A stretch of 63,519 nt of DNA, counting the filler, from Octopus bimaculoides (lineage: Eukaryota): assembly GCF_001194135.2 (NCBI RefSeq). It is 7 parts of 7 records of this genome, joined end to end, with 100 filler letters (N's around TTAATTAATTAA, not from the genome) between each part and the next. Parts side by side here need not be neighbours in the genome. Positions count along the whole stretch, not along the records: positions 1 to 10,633 come from NC_068988.1; positions 10,734 to 35,425 come from NC_069005.1; 5 more parts are not named here. One strand, written 5' to 3'. Made by a program: the position numbers and the translations under genes. The notes beneath the pieces are model-generated. The model made no database searches and was not told the origin of the DNA. It saw nothing but the letters and a program-made list of their open reading frames with translations. Positions 1-12,011 of the stretch are shown piece by piece (positions within the stretch are counted from its first letter, which is position 1; each line of letters opens with the position of its first letter).

Positions 1-173
1 TATATAGGTAAATGATAGGGTTGCCTCAATCCTTCAGGGGTAGTCTGAAGCATCCAAGCAACCAGGGGATGTTTAAATCTGGAGGCACTCCTGGGGATCA
101 CCTGTACGGGTACCGTCTTGGGTAGAGGGCATCCAGAGGCAGGTAATTTATTGTTTAAACCGTAGTTTATAAT

Positions 174-554
174 TATATTTATGTGGAGAATGGAGCAACA
201 AATACAAGAAGAAGCAATTCTGTTGGGCTAGTTAGCCGTTGTTTTATTGTGTGGAGGTTATGTAATGAGTCATTGTGGAGGTTGAGGTTATGTAGTGAGT
301 CATTGTGAATGTTATGTAATAGTCATTTACGTACGTTTCAATCTAGCCTCAACATTCTGATGAGATTTGCCAAACCATTGGCTAGATTGAAACGTATGTA
401 AATGACTATTACATAACATTCACAATGACTCACTACATAACCTCAGCCTCCACAATGACTCATTACATAACCTCCACACAATAAAACAACGGCTAACTAG
501 CCCAACAGAATTGCTTCTTCTTGTATTTGTTGCTCCATTCTCCACATAAATATA
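174..554. repeat. Long inverted repeat (175-bp arms, 31-nt spacer), probably an inverted Penelope pseudo-LTR
   Basis: 174-348 is the reverse complement of 380-554 with 2 mismatches and no indel; a hammerhead core spans the spacer and right arm. Confidence 0.9.
353..404 (+). ncRNA. Minimal type I hammerhead ribozyme motif
   Basis: CATT-CTGATGA-stem II (GATTTGCCAA/TTGGCTAGATT)-GAAA-CGTATGT-A-AATG; stem I CATT/AATG; near-palindromic stem III; predicted cleavage GUA after 400. Confidence 0.75.
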
Positions 555-599
555 TATATATATGTATGTATGTATGTGTGTGTGTGTGTGTATGTTTGT

Positions 600-776
600 G
601 TGTGTGTGTTTGTCCTCCCAACATCGCTTGACAACCGATGCTGGTGTGTTTACATCCCTGTAACTTAGCAGTTTGGCAAAAGAGACCAATAGAATAAGTA
701 CTAGGCTTACAAAGAATAAGTCCTGGGGTCGATTTGCTCGACTAAAGGCGGTGCTCCAGCATGGCCACAGTCAAAT
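600..776 (+). mobile_element. SINE family C, 3' part
   Basis: Matches 59220-59400 and the reverse complements of 9290-9480, 28086-28290 and 49730-49920. Confidence 0.85.
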
Positions 777-804
777 AAAGGCGAAACATGTTGCCCCCTC
801 AAAA

Positions 805-1352
805 TAAGGGTAGAGCTGTGACATGAGGAAATATTGATAAATCGAGTATAGCTGATCATGTATGGAAAAATGGAGACCATGAAACCGAAAACTAAAAGAA
901 GCAGCGCATATGCTAGGACACAACAATCTCCTAAGCAGACCAAGTGCTGATATGAATAGCATATGGGAACCGGTATTAAGGAAGGATAGGAAAATATTTG
1001 ATTTATAAGCCCTAAAATTCACTCCATAATTGCCCACAGGCCTATGGCGTAGTGGGCTACTAACCCCAAGATTCCAAGTTCGATTCCAGGCAGTGACCTG
1101 AACAACAACAATAACATTATATTGGTATATCATATTTCATATATCACTATTTAATTGATTGCTGTATCATTTGGAAACTGGAAATGAAAAATAACTTAGG
1201 AATGAGAACCCAGGTTCAAAATTCCCCAATACACCTGATGAAGGCTGGAGGGTATATCAGCCGAAACATGTTAACAACAAACAAGATGAGGACAAATATC
1301 CGTCAAATGTAAATAATGTACATAATTCCCCATCTCTTAAATATAGAACTGT
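805..1352 (+). mobile_element. Penelope-like element 3' remnant (GIY-YIG endonuclease tail + pLTR)
   Basis: Broken ORF GNIDKSSIADHVWKNGDH...KLKEAAHMLGHNNLLSRPSADMNSIWEPVLRK resembles a PLE endonuclease C-terminus; followed by a tRNA-like box A/B and a hammerhead-like core. Confidence 0.7.
1231..1272 (+). ncRNA. Degenerate hammerhead motif in PLE pLTR
   Basis: CTGATGA-A-GGCTG...CAGCC-GAAA-CATGT-T; stem II and palindromic ACATGT present, but no stem I partner for ACAC. Confidence 0.45.
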
Positions 1353-2619
1353 ATAAGTGAAAGGATTTACTGAACCAAATTTACTATTTACTCCCTTAAG
1401 ATGTTCGATAATATAAGCAGTGGTCATATAGTATTGATAAGAATAGGATGGTGTTGAATTCCTCTTTCTGTAGTATTTTAATTGATCAAATATGGGATCA
1501 ATTAAATTGTGCATAAGTGTTGCATTGTAGCATTTTGAGGTATGCTACTCTATTTGAAACATACATAGCTGATAAATCATTAATAAATCTATATTCTTTT
1601 TTGGGTTTTTTTCTATTATACTCTAAGATTATATATTAGATTTATACTGAATTTATTCAGTGTTTAAACTTCTAATTTAGAAATTGGACAGGTAGCAGAA
1701 AATGAATTTACAACCCCTATGAATTACAGTGGCATTCATCGAACAATTTAGTTAGCTGAAAAAGTATTTTATCTCTTTTGCCTTCATTATATTACACATT
1801 TGTCCATTGGAGCAACAAGGACCAACTAATCATCTGTAGGGATGGCTGATGACTGGCACAGTGACTTTGTTTAAAGTGAAGAATTGTGCACCATCAACAT
1901 CATTCTCCCATTTATGACCATCTTTAATCCTGTGGCAAAACAGTTGTAACTGGCTGTTACAAGTAAATACATGATTAGAAAGGCACAATATGCAATAAAA
2001 AAACACGAATCAACTTTGCTTATTAGACAATATTTCATGTATTTTTCAAATTCTTATTTTGAACCTGAGGAGACAGGCACACAGTTGAAATATTGTCTAA
2101 TAAGCAAAGTTGATCCGTGTTTTTTTATTGCATATTGTGCCTTTCTAATCATGTATTTACTTAAGTGAGAGCATGATGGATGTTATGTTATACAGCCTAA
2201 AAACAATAGACTAGCAGGATCTGTGGAAATTCCATGGTGTAAGTCAGCATATTTGAAGAGATGTTAATATATTAAACAATTTCAAAACAAATCTTTTGAA
2301 ATCTTGCCATTTAATCAAAACTATATTTTTAAATATGAGAAAAATGGTATTGCTTATTTACCTTCTTTTAATATGTTTGATAGATATTCTGTGTTTTATA
2401 GTTTAAGGAAATAAAAGATGAATTAAAAATATGCTGCCTTCCAGCTTGCCAGCCCTGGTCAAACCATCCAACCCATGCCAGCATGGACAATGGCCATTAA
2501 ATGATGATGATGATGATATAAAAAAACATACACTTCTCATTGTCCAACCACCACCAAAGCCTCAACTGACATTTTCATTTCATTTCAATTCAGCAACCTA
2601 TCTATTTGTTTATAATGTC

Positions 2620-3496
2620 AATGTGAATACCCGTCAGAGTGTAAGTATCTTGAGAGAAAAGCTGAACATTAGAAGCATCAGTTGTGGCGTGCAAGAGAGA
2701 CGATTGCGCTGGTATGGNNNNNNNNNNNNNNNNNNNNNNNNNNNNNNNNNNNNNNNNNNNNNNNNNNNNNNNNNNNNNNNNNNNNNNNNNNNNNNNNNNN
2801 NNNNNNNNNNNNNNNNNNNNNNNNNNNNNNNNNNNNNNNNNNNNNNNNNNNNNNNNNNNNNNNNNNNNNNNNNNNNNNNNNNNNNNNNNNNNNNNNNNNN
2901 NNNNNNNNNNNNNNNNNNNNNNNNNNNNNNNNNNNNNNNNNNNNNNNNNNNNNNNNNNNNNNNNNNNNNNNNNNNNNNNNNNNNNNNNNNNNNNNNNNNN
3001 NNNNNNNNNNNNNNNNNNNNNNNNNNNNNNNNNNNNNNNNNNNNNNNNNNNNNNNNNNNNNNNNNNNNNNNNNNNNNNNNNNNNNNNNNNNNNNNNNNNN
3101 NNNNNNNNNNNNNNNNNNNNNNNNNNNNNNNNNNNNNNNNNNNNNNNNNNNNNNNNNNNNNNNNNNNNNNNNNNNNNNNNNNNNNNNNNNNNNNNNNNNN
3201 NNNNNNNNNNNNNNNNNNNNNNNNNNNNNNNNNNNNNNNNNNNNNNNNNNNNNNNNNGGCACATAAAAGACACCATTTCGAGCGTGGCCGTTTTCGTGCG
3301 GGTGACACGTAAAAACACCCACTACACTCTCTGAGTGGTTGGCGTTAGGAAGGGCATCCAGCTGTAGAAACTCTGCCAAATCAGACTGGAGCCTGGTGTT
3401 GCCATCCGGTTTCACCAGTCCTCAGTCAAATCATCCAACCCATGCTAGCATGGAAAGCGGACGTTAAACGATGATGATGATGATGATGATGATGAT
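2620..3496 (+). mobile_element. 5'-truncated RTE-type LINE spanning a gap
   Basis: ORF tail SILREKLNIRSISCGVQERRLRWYG (RTE C-terminal RLRW(Y/F)GHV motif); 3' end ...catgctagcatggaaagcggacgttaaac(gat)n. Confidence 0.7.
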
Positions 3497-3795
3497 GTGA
3501 TGAATCTTTTGGGAGACCAGCAACCAGCAGAACTGAGAAGAACATCACAGATGTGCATGCAGCTATGAGGGGAAATCATCGAATCACAATCTGTGAGTTT
3601 TCAGAGGATGTGCAGATTAGTTGTGGTTAAGTTCAGTCCATTATCACTGAAGATTTGGGCCTGCCAAGTTTGTGCCAAAACTGCTTTCAGCTGACCAAAA
3701 CACACTTGGGTTTCAGTTGCACAAGATCTCCTTGATTGTGTTGAGAACGATGAAAACTTTTGAAAACATTCATAACAGGTGATGAATCATGGGTC

Positions 3796-4149
3796 TGTAA
3801 AAGGTTGATAGTTGCAATAGAGGTATTAGTCTCTCTCTATCACCTTTCAACAAAATTATATATTAAGAAACAGTAGAACAATTAACAACATAATAAAAAT
3901 AAGTTTTATTTTTGATGATGCTTGGTTTTACAAATCCTGTGTCATTCAGCTTAGCAGCTGCAGATTAACTTGTAATCGGTGTTGAAAGGTTAAGAGCTTC
4001 CTTGATGCATGCCAGAGGAGCAAGTAGCTATCACATTGAAGGCATCGTGGTGAAGAGTGCTCCGTTGAGGAGCAAGGTGTTGTCACGTCGAAGGTATCGT
4101 GCTCAAGAGAGTTATAAAACGAAAGTAACGCTTTAAGTACTGGTTTTAC
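3796..4149 (-). repeat. Gypsy 3' LTR (visible part, runs into a gap)
   Basis: About 12 substitutions and 2 indels versus the 8205 LTR over ~350 nt (manual alignment). Confidence 0.95.
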
Positions 4150-4833
4150 NNNNNNNNNNNNNNNNNNNNNNNNNNNNNNNNNNNNNNNNNNNNNNNNNNN
4201 NNNNNNNNNNNNNNNNNNNNNNNNNNNNNNNNNNNNNNNNNNNNNNNNNNNNNNNNNNNNNNNNNNNNNNNNNNNNNNNNNNNNNNNNNNNNNNNNNNNN
4301 NNNNNNNNNNNNNNNNNNNNNNNNNNNNNNNNNNNNNNNNNNNNNNNNNNNNNNNNNNNNNNNNNNNNNNNNNNNNNNNNNNNNNNNNNNNNNNNNNNNN
4401 NNNNNNNNNNNNNNNNNNNNNNNNNNNNNNNNNNNNNNNNNNNNNNNNNNNNNNNNNNNNNNNNNNNNNNNNNNNNNNNNNNNNNNNNNNNNNNNNNNNN
4501 NNNNNNNNNNNNNNNNNNNNNNNNNNNNNNNNNNNNNNNNNNNNNNNNNNNNNNNNNNNNNNNNNNNNNNNNNNNNNNNNNNNNNNNNNNNNNNNNNNNN
4601 NNNNNNNNNNNNNNNNNNNNNNNNNNNNNNNNNNNNNNNNNNNNNNNNNNNNNNNNNNNNNNNNNNNNNNNNNNNNNNNNNNNNNNNNNNNTACGACACT
4701 GCAGTTCCTTTATTACTTGTGATTGATGCAGTGGTGCAAGAAATGTCTGAGTGTTCAGCACTAATAGGTAAAAACACAGTTTGAGCCTTTTTTACAAAAG
4801 GAATGCTGAAAAATGCAATAATATACAATGCAG

Positions 4834-7800
4834 TCAAATATAAATTGTCTTGGAGAGTTTCTTTGGCCAGTGCACTGTACAGCCAGACCTAGTGACATAG
4901 GGTTCACTTGTGGTAGTTCTCAACGATGAAGGTGGAGTTTTCACAGGTGTATGTGTTGGTGATGGTGATGATAAAGGTGAATGCATTGGTGATGGTGTTG
5001 ACAAAGGTGTATGCAAAGGTTGAAAAGGGGGCATGCCAGTATTGTCAATGGAAGATGTAGTTTTATCAAAATACGCTTTCTTCAGACAGTCGACAGACAC
5101 GGTCTCCGTACAACCATTAGCGTCTATTTTTAAAAATTTGGGTGTGCGAGAGAGCACACGAAAGGGTCCTTTTTAAGGAGAAACAAGAGGTCCTCTGACA
5201 GAATCATCCCTAACAAACACATGTGTCCAAGAATCAATGTTTGATGGCACTTTAGAAGGTGGAGTTTGTTGCCGGGGACTCATAGTAGGAAGGTTAGAAA
5301 AATAATCTCGTAATCGAGTGACAAAGGATGCTAGATTTGGAGGCTGTAATTTGTCTGGTACCAACATCGTACCAGGCAATGCCAGTGTGGTACCATACAA
5401 TAATTCTGCTGCAGAAAAACCAAGGTCTGCTTTAACCGCAGTCCAGCATCCAAGTAGGACAACAGGAAGAATTTCAGTCCATGACTGCGGATTGGGTGAG
5501 GCGTGCAATGCAGCCTTTAGTTGTCTATGAAAATGCTCCACCATCCCATTAGAAGTGGGATGGTAACTGGTGGTGCGTATATGATGCACCCTCAGGATTC
5601 GTGATAACTCACAAAATAATGCTGCTTCAAATTGTCAACCATGATCCGTAGTCAAGCTGGACGGTACGCCGAACCTAGAAACCCAACCAGAAACGAAAGC
5701 TCGTGCAACAGTCTCAGAAGTAATGTCTGCTATAGGAATGGCTACTGGCTAGTGGGAGAAACGATCAACACAAGTTAAGAGATATGAGAACCCGCGATTC
5801 ACAGGCCATGGTCCAACCAAATCAAGGTGAACATGGCGAAAACAGGCCTCTGGAGAAGGAAATTGTCCAAGAGGGGCACAAACATGCCTATGGATTTTTG
5901 CACTCTGGCACTTCATGCAAGAGCGTGCCCAAGTGGTAATTGATTGCCGCATGTTGGGCCAGAAAAACCGAGCAGTGACAAGTTTTACTGTTGCAGAGAT
6001 GCCCGGATGTGACAAGGAATGAAGGGCATCAAAAATAGAACGTTGATGGTTTTCAGGTACTAAAGGCCTAGGAGAACCGGTGGATGTGTCACACAATATA
6101 GAGCCTTCTGATGAAGGGAGCAAAAGATAGGCAAATTTACAATTGATGAATTTTGGCAAAGTTAAATCTAACGTTGACAAAAGAGGTTGGTCCTGCNNNN
6201 NNNNNNNNNNNNNNNNNNNNNNNNNNNNNNNNNNNNNNNNNNNNNNNNNNNNNNNNNNNNNNNNNNNNNNNNNNNNNNNNNNNNNNNNNNNNNNNNNNNN
6301 NNNNNNNNNNNNNNNNNNNNNNNNNNNNNNNNNNNNNNNNNNNNNNNNNNNNNNNNNNNNNNNNNNNNNNNNNNNNNNNNNNNNNNNNNNNNNNNNNNNN
6401 NNNNNNNNNNNNNNNNNNNNNNNNNNNNNNNNNNNNNNNNNNNNNNNNNNNNNNNNNNNNNNNNNNNNNNNNNNNNNNNNNNNNNNNNNNNNNNNNNNNN
6501 NNNNNNNNNNNNNNNNNNNNNNNNNNNNNNNNNNNNNNNNNNNNNNNNNNNNNNNNNNNNNNNNNNNNNNNNNNNNNNNNNNNNNNNNNNNNNNNNNNNN
6601 NNNNNNNNNNNNNNNNNNNNNNNNNNNNNNNNNNNNNNNNNNNNNNNNNNNNNNNNNNNNNNNNNNNNNNNNNNNNNNNNNNNNNNNNNNNNNNNNNNNN
6701 NNNNNNNNNNNNNNNNNNNNNNNNNNNNNNNNNNNNNNNNNNNNNNNNNNNNNNNNNNNNNNNNNNNNNNNNNNNNNNNNNNNNNNNNNNNNNNNNNNNN
6801 NNNNNNNNNNNNNNNNNNNNNNNNNNNNNNNNNNNNNNNNNNNNNNNNNNNNNNNNNNNNNNNNNNNNNNNNNNNNNNNNNNNNNNNNNNNGCATTGACC
6901 TTAGCAGGTAGAGGTTTGATCCCATTAGAATCAATATAGTGTCCCAGAAATTCCAGGGAGGACTGCCCCAAAACACACTTATCGGGGTTTATCTTCACAT
7001 TAAATGCGCGGAGTCACTGAATAAGTTGCGACAAATGGTGGAAATGATTCTCTTTTGTATCACTAGCGATGAGTATGTCATCGACATAGGCGAATACAAA
7101 ATCAAGTCCACGAACAACTTCATCTATAAATCTTTGGAAAGTGCTTGTCGCATTCCGCAGACCGAAGCTCATAAAAAGAAATTCAAAACAGCCAAAAGGA
7201 GTAGTGGTGGCAGTTTTGGAAATGTCCTCTGGATTAACTGGAATCTGGTGATAAGCACGAACCAGATCAATCTTGGAAAAGATAGTGCAATCGTGTAGAT
7301 TTGCTGAAAAATCCTGCAAATTCCTAATTGGATAACAATCTGGGACCGTTACAGCATTGAGTTGCCGATAGTCTCCCACCGGACGAAAATCAGAATCACC
7401 TTTATACGCCAAATGAAGGGGAGATGCCCATGGGCTGGTGGAGGGGCATATCAGGCCGAGTTGAAGCATGTGTTCAAACTCGGCCTTAGCCGTCTTAAGG
7501 CGGTCAGGTGCCAGACGTGGCCACGAAAAAACAGGCGGCCCAGTTGTTTTGATATAATGGAGGGTGGAATGAGCGGGCTTTGCCGGCTTGAAAGTGATGT
7601 CCACCAGCTCCGGAAGGGAAACTAGAAGGGAATGAAAAACGTCCCCAGCAGTGGCAATAAAAAATGCTGGGCTAAGAGGGGAGTTGGTAGAGCTCTTTGC
7701 TGGCGTAAAAAGGGATGTCGAATCGTCGACAAGTCTCCAACGCCGAACATCTACCAACAAGTTAAAATGATTTAAAAAGTCTGCACCCAAAATAGGATGC

Positions 7801-8096
7801 GGAATGTCAGCTATGACAAAAATACATTGAAAATCTCTATGAAGACTAATGTCTAGGCGTAGAGAAAGTTGACCAAATGTATATATCGGGGAGGAATCAA
7901 TGGTGTGCAACACTATAAGCAAACACTTAGGTTTGTCAGTACTAAAGCGAAAAGGCCAAATACTACAGCAAGAACCGGTGTCAACCATGAAGGACTTCTT
8001 CGACACCTGGTCCTGGACAAAAATTGCACGATGAAAGGTAGGTGCAGAGGAAGAAATAGACGTGCTCAATTTCTTGCTTTGAAGTTTTTCGAGACT
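4834..8096 (-). pseudogene. Gypsy pol (protease, RT, integrase) with frameshifts
   Basis: Protease FMVDTGS; RT WASPLH, GDYRQLN, PFG, FGLRNA, YVDDIL; integrase HSLSHPG...CMKC, HLDLVGP, YHPTSNGMVE. Confidence 0.93.
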
Positions 8097-8185
8097 TTAT
8101 AGGAGCATGGTTGAATGCACTTGTGTGCCTTGTCAGTGAATTTCGCATGATGCCAGCACATACCACGTTGTGTCCTGGAAGGTGA

Positions 8186-8203
8186 ATCACGTCGGGGTCA
8201 CCA
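8186..8203 (-). promoter_or_regulatory. Primer binding site complementary to tRNA-Trp 3' end
   Basis: TGGTGACCCCGACGTGAT, 1 nt from the LTR end; complement of the metazoan tRNA-Trp 3' end AUCACGUCGGGGUCACCA. Confidence 0.85.
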
Positions 8204-8204
8204 G

Positions 8205-8653
8205 TGTAAAAGGTTGATAGTTGCAATAGAGACATTAGTCTCTCTCTATCACCTTTCAACAAAATTATATATTAAGAAAACAGTAGAACAATTAACAACA
8301 TAAAAATAAGTTTTATTTTTGATGATGCTTGGTTTTACAAATCCTGTGTCATTCAGCTTAGCAGCCGCAGATTAATTTGTTATCGGTGTTGAAAGGTTAA
8401 GAGCTTCCTTGATGCATGCCAGAGGAGCAAGTAGCTATCACATTGAAGGCATCGTGGTGAAGAGTACTTCATTGAGGAGCAAGGTGTTGTCACGTCGAAG
8501 GTATCGCACTCAAGAGAGTTATAAAATGAAAATAACGCTTTAAGTACTGGTTTTACTATGCATGCGCACTTGAGGGGCTTCCAGGAAGGCAAGTCCTTTG
8601 TGCATGCGTAGATTGTACTTCCTCAATGGCGGCCATAATTTTGCACCACTACA
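8205..8653 (-). repeat. Gypsy 5' LTR (449 bp)
   Basis: Direct repeat of 3796-4149; bounded by tg/ca; adjacent to PBS. Confidence 0.95.
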
Positions 8654-9289
8654 GGTCTATGGCTACATCCCTGAAACAAAGGCTCAGTCTCTGCAGTGGA
8701 AGACACCAACATCTCCAAGACCAAAGAAAGCACGAGTGAGTTAAAGCAATATGAAGACACTGTTGACCATTTTCTTCAATTACAAAGAGATTGTTCATCT
8801 TGAGTAAGCTCCACCTGGTCAGACAGTAAACAAGGAGTACACCATGACATTTTGCGGCATTTGTGGAATGCTATCTGTCAGAAAAGGCCAGAATTGCATG
8901 CGTCCGGTGAGTGGCAATTGCACCATGACAACACACCTGCCCTTTTAGCACAGCTTGTGCAGCAGTTTTTGGCTAGGTACAGCATTCCCCAGGTCCAACA
9001 ACCACTGTATTCCTCAGATCTTGCCCCTTGTGACTTTTTCCTATGGATACTAGGAAATCAAAGTGAATGTGAGGAGGCAGATGCTGATTATCCCAGAAAA
9101 TGAGTTCCAGGAATGCTTCCATCAATGGAAACAGTGCTGGATTAAGTGTGTGTGGCATTTCCACTTTGAAGGAAATTAAATGCCAAATTGGTACGTGCTA
9201 CCAGTCGGGATACTTATTGATCAGACCATGTATATCTTTTAATACATAAATTTATAGAACTTCATGACATTTTTCATTATATTCTTTTA

Positions 9290-9495
9290 TTCTTTTTCTT
9301 TTACTTGTTTCAGTCATTTGACTGTGGCCATACTGGAGTGCCGCCTTGAAGGGTTTTACTCAAACAAATTGACCCAGGACTTTACTTATTTTATTGGTCT
9401 CCTTTGCCAAATCATTTAGTTATGGGGATATAAACATACCAACACAGGTTGTCAAGCAGGGATGGGGGACAACCACATACACAAAGACACACACA

Positions 9496-9536
<41 letters not shown>

Positions 9537-9692
9537 CAGTCTTCTTTCAGTTTCTGTGTACCAAATCCACTCACAAGACTGGTCGGCCCAAGGCTATAGT
9601 AGAAGACACTTGCCTAAGGTGTCATGCAGTGGGACCATATCCAGAACCATGTGGTTCGGAAGCAAGCTTCTTACCACACAGCCACACCTGTG
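9290..9692 (-). mobile_element. SINE family C (tRNA-like head, internal microsatellite)
   Basis: Head gtggctgtgtggtaagaagcttgc...; shared with 28086-28494 and 58961-59424. Confidence 0.85.
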
Positions 9693-9807
9693 CCTATATA
9701 TTAAACATATGTTAAACATTTCAACTTTTCCCATATGCAGAATAATCTTTGCTCAAATGCAGAATAATCTAGACCTTCTCGCTATCTTTCTATTTCTCTC
9801 TTCATTT

Positions 9808-9895
<88 letters not shown>

Positions 9896-10004
9896 CTCGC
9901 TCTCACTATTTCTCCATTCAAGTTATTACCTCCCTTGGCATAAGTGTCACACTTAAAACAGCTGAACATGCATAAACAAGCAGAACAATATCATAGATAA
10001 TAAC

Positions 10005-10044
<40 letters not shown>

Positions 10045-10083
10045 GTAGTGGTGGTGGTGGTGATGATGATAATAATAATAATA

Positions 10084-10618
10084 TGGTTCTCATGGCTTCT
10101 GATCTTAACTGATTGGAAGTGTTATCATGTACATTGTTTTGTCTTGGTATAAAAGATGGGCTACAGCAAATATTCTGTTCAATGCAACAGATTTGCTTGT
10201 CAGTTGCTTAATTTTAACCAGTTGAGCATGTTCCTTAGTGGTTGACGATATGTGCATCTCTGATCACATGCAGAAGTAGTGAGGGAACATCATAAACATG
10301 TGTTGAGAGGAATTATTTGGGGTTTGGATAATTCACCTTTGGAAACATGAGTGTTTTGTTCATCATCCTTAAACAACCCTTATTCAGGGATCTTTTGAGT
10401 GGGATGGTCTTCTTGACCTGAAGAAAATTCTAACTGGGTCCCACCTGCAAGGTCATGCGCTGTTTATCTTGATATGAGATCACCATGTCGCACACACATG
10501 GTTGTGATGCATGTGCCTGGTGTACCCTTATCAGAGGGGTAGTCATGATGGGTATACTGGGCTTCGTATATTTTACCCCAGTGTCACATTGATGGAATGC
10601 ACTGCTCTCTCCCTCAAT
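10084..10618. repeat. Putative interspersed repeat embedded between (aat)n arrays
   Basis: Non-coding GC-richer block with (aat)n on both sides; single copy here, so repeat status is unverified. Confidence 0.3.
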
Positions 10619-10677
10619 AATAATAATAATAATNNNNNNNNNNNNNNNNNNNNNNNNNNNNNNNNNNNNNNNNNNNN

Positions 10678-10689
10678 TTAATTAATTAA
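10678..10689. other. Assembly gap linker TTAATTAATTAA (artefact)
   Basis: Identical 12-mer centred in ~100-nt N gaps, also at 35470, 44954, 52452, 59764 and 61443; stop codons in all six frames. Confidence 0.9.
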
Positions 10690-10733
10690 NNNNNNNNNNN
10701 NNNNNNNNNNNNNNNNNNNNNNNNNNNNNNNNN

Positions 10734-10774
<41 letters not shown>

Positions 10775-11293
10775 GAGTGTCTGGTCTGCATTTATTTCTT
10801 TCAACTTTGTCTCCATTGGCTATTTTTCTGTTTTCCCCAGTAGTCCCCTGGCTGTCCCCTCTGGCTGGACACTAGATCCCAGGTGCAGTATTCCCCAATT
10901 TCTGTGTTGTTTTATTTCCTTTTCTTTCTTTCTCTCTCTCTCCCTCCCTCTCTCACACATGCAATCACCTTCTCTCTCTCTCTCTCTTTCTCTCTATCAC
11001 TTTTCTTTTGTCAAGCATGTTAACAACTCCCAGTTGTTGTTGTTCTTATTATTATTTATTAGGATTTTGCAGTTGTTGTTACTTTCTTTTATACTGCATG
11101 TTTGGAGGATGAATCAACACATGCATACACGCATAGACTTACACATAAACACATGTGCATATGCTTGTATATGCATATGTATACACATGCAGATATGTAC
11201 ATGCACATTCACACACATATATATTTATACATTTTGTGATATGCAGGTATGTATAGACACATACTTGTTATATACAGATGTGTAGAAGCATAT

Positions 11294-11389
<96 letters not shown>

Positions 11390-12011
11390 ATATAAACATA
11401 TGTATGTATATATAACTCATATATATATATCTTCTGGATATGCATATTTGTATAGGCACATATTTGCTACATACAGATGTGTAGAAGTATATTAACACAC
11501 ACACACACACACACACTTATATAAACATATATATGTGTACATAATTTGTATATATATTCTGCATTTCTATTGGTGCATAATAGTTTCAGCATGTTCGATT
11601 CACACAGCAAATCACTTCGCTTTAAGCCATATAGTTTCATTTTATGTAATATAGAGTGATTGTTTTAAACCTTCTTCGTTTATCTCTCTTCCTTTGTTTC
11701 ACAATATGTCTCTGACATCATCATTCCTTTGATACCCACTTTTCCATTTGTGTATGGAGGCAGATTTTTCTCCGGCTAGTCGCCCTTCCTGTCACCAACT
11801 TTCACCTGTTTCCAAGCAAAGTGATATTTCCTACGACTAGATATGTTTTCACGAAAGATTGGAAATGATTGACACTGCTTGTATGACAGTGATACTTGTT
11901 TACAACTACCATGCAGTGTTGAGACCCATAGTTACAAATGCACTCAAATCATGTACACACACAAAATGGGCTTCTTTTTGTTTTTGCTTACCAAATTCAT
12001 TCACAAGTTTC

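Larger units (their letters stand above)
3796..8653 (-). mobile_element. Ty3/Gypsy LTR retrotransposon, gag-deleted and degenerate
   Basis: TG...CA LTRs, 4-bp TSD GGTC (3792-3795 and 8654-8657), PBS, pol order PR-RT-(gap)-IN. Confidence 0.96.
3497..9230 (+). mobile_element. Mariner (DD34D) transposon remnant split by a Gypsy insertion (3497-3795 + 8654-9230)
   Basis: ITGDESWV | YGYIPETKAQSLQWK...WQLHHDNTPA...YSSDLAPCDFFL; right TIR ...tacttattgatcagaccatg followed by TA. Confidence 0.9.

Noticed and set aside
10678-10689. Recurrent TTAATTAATTAA (six copies)
   Set aside because: Always centred in ~100-nt N runs; an assembly gap linker, not biology
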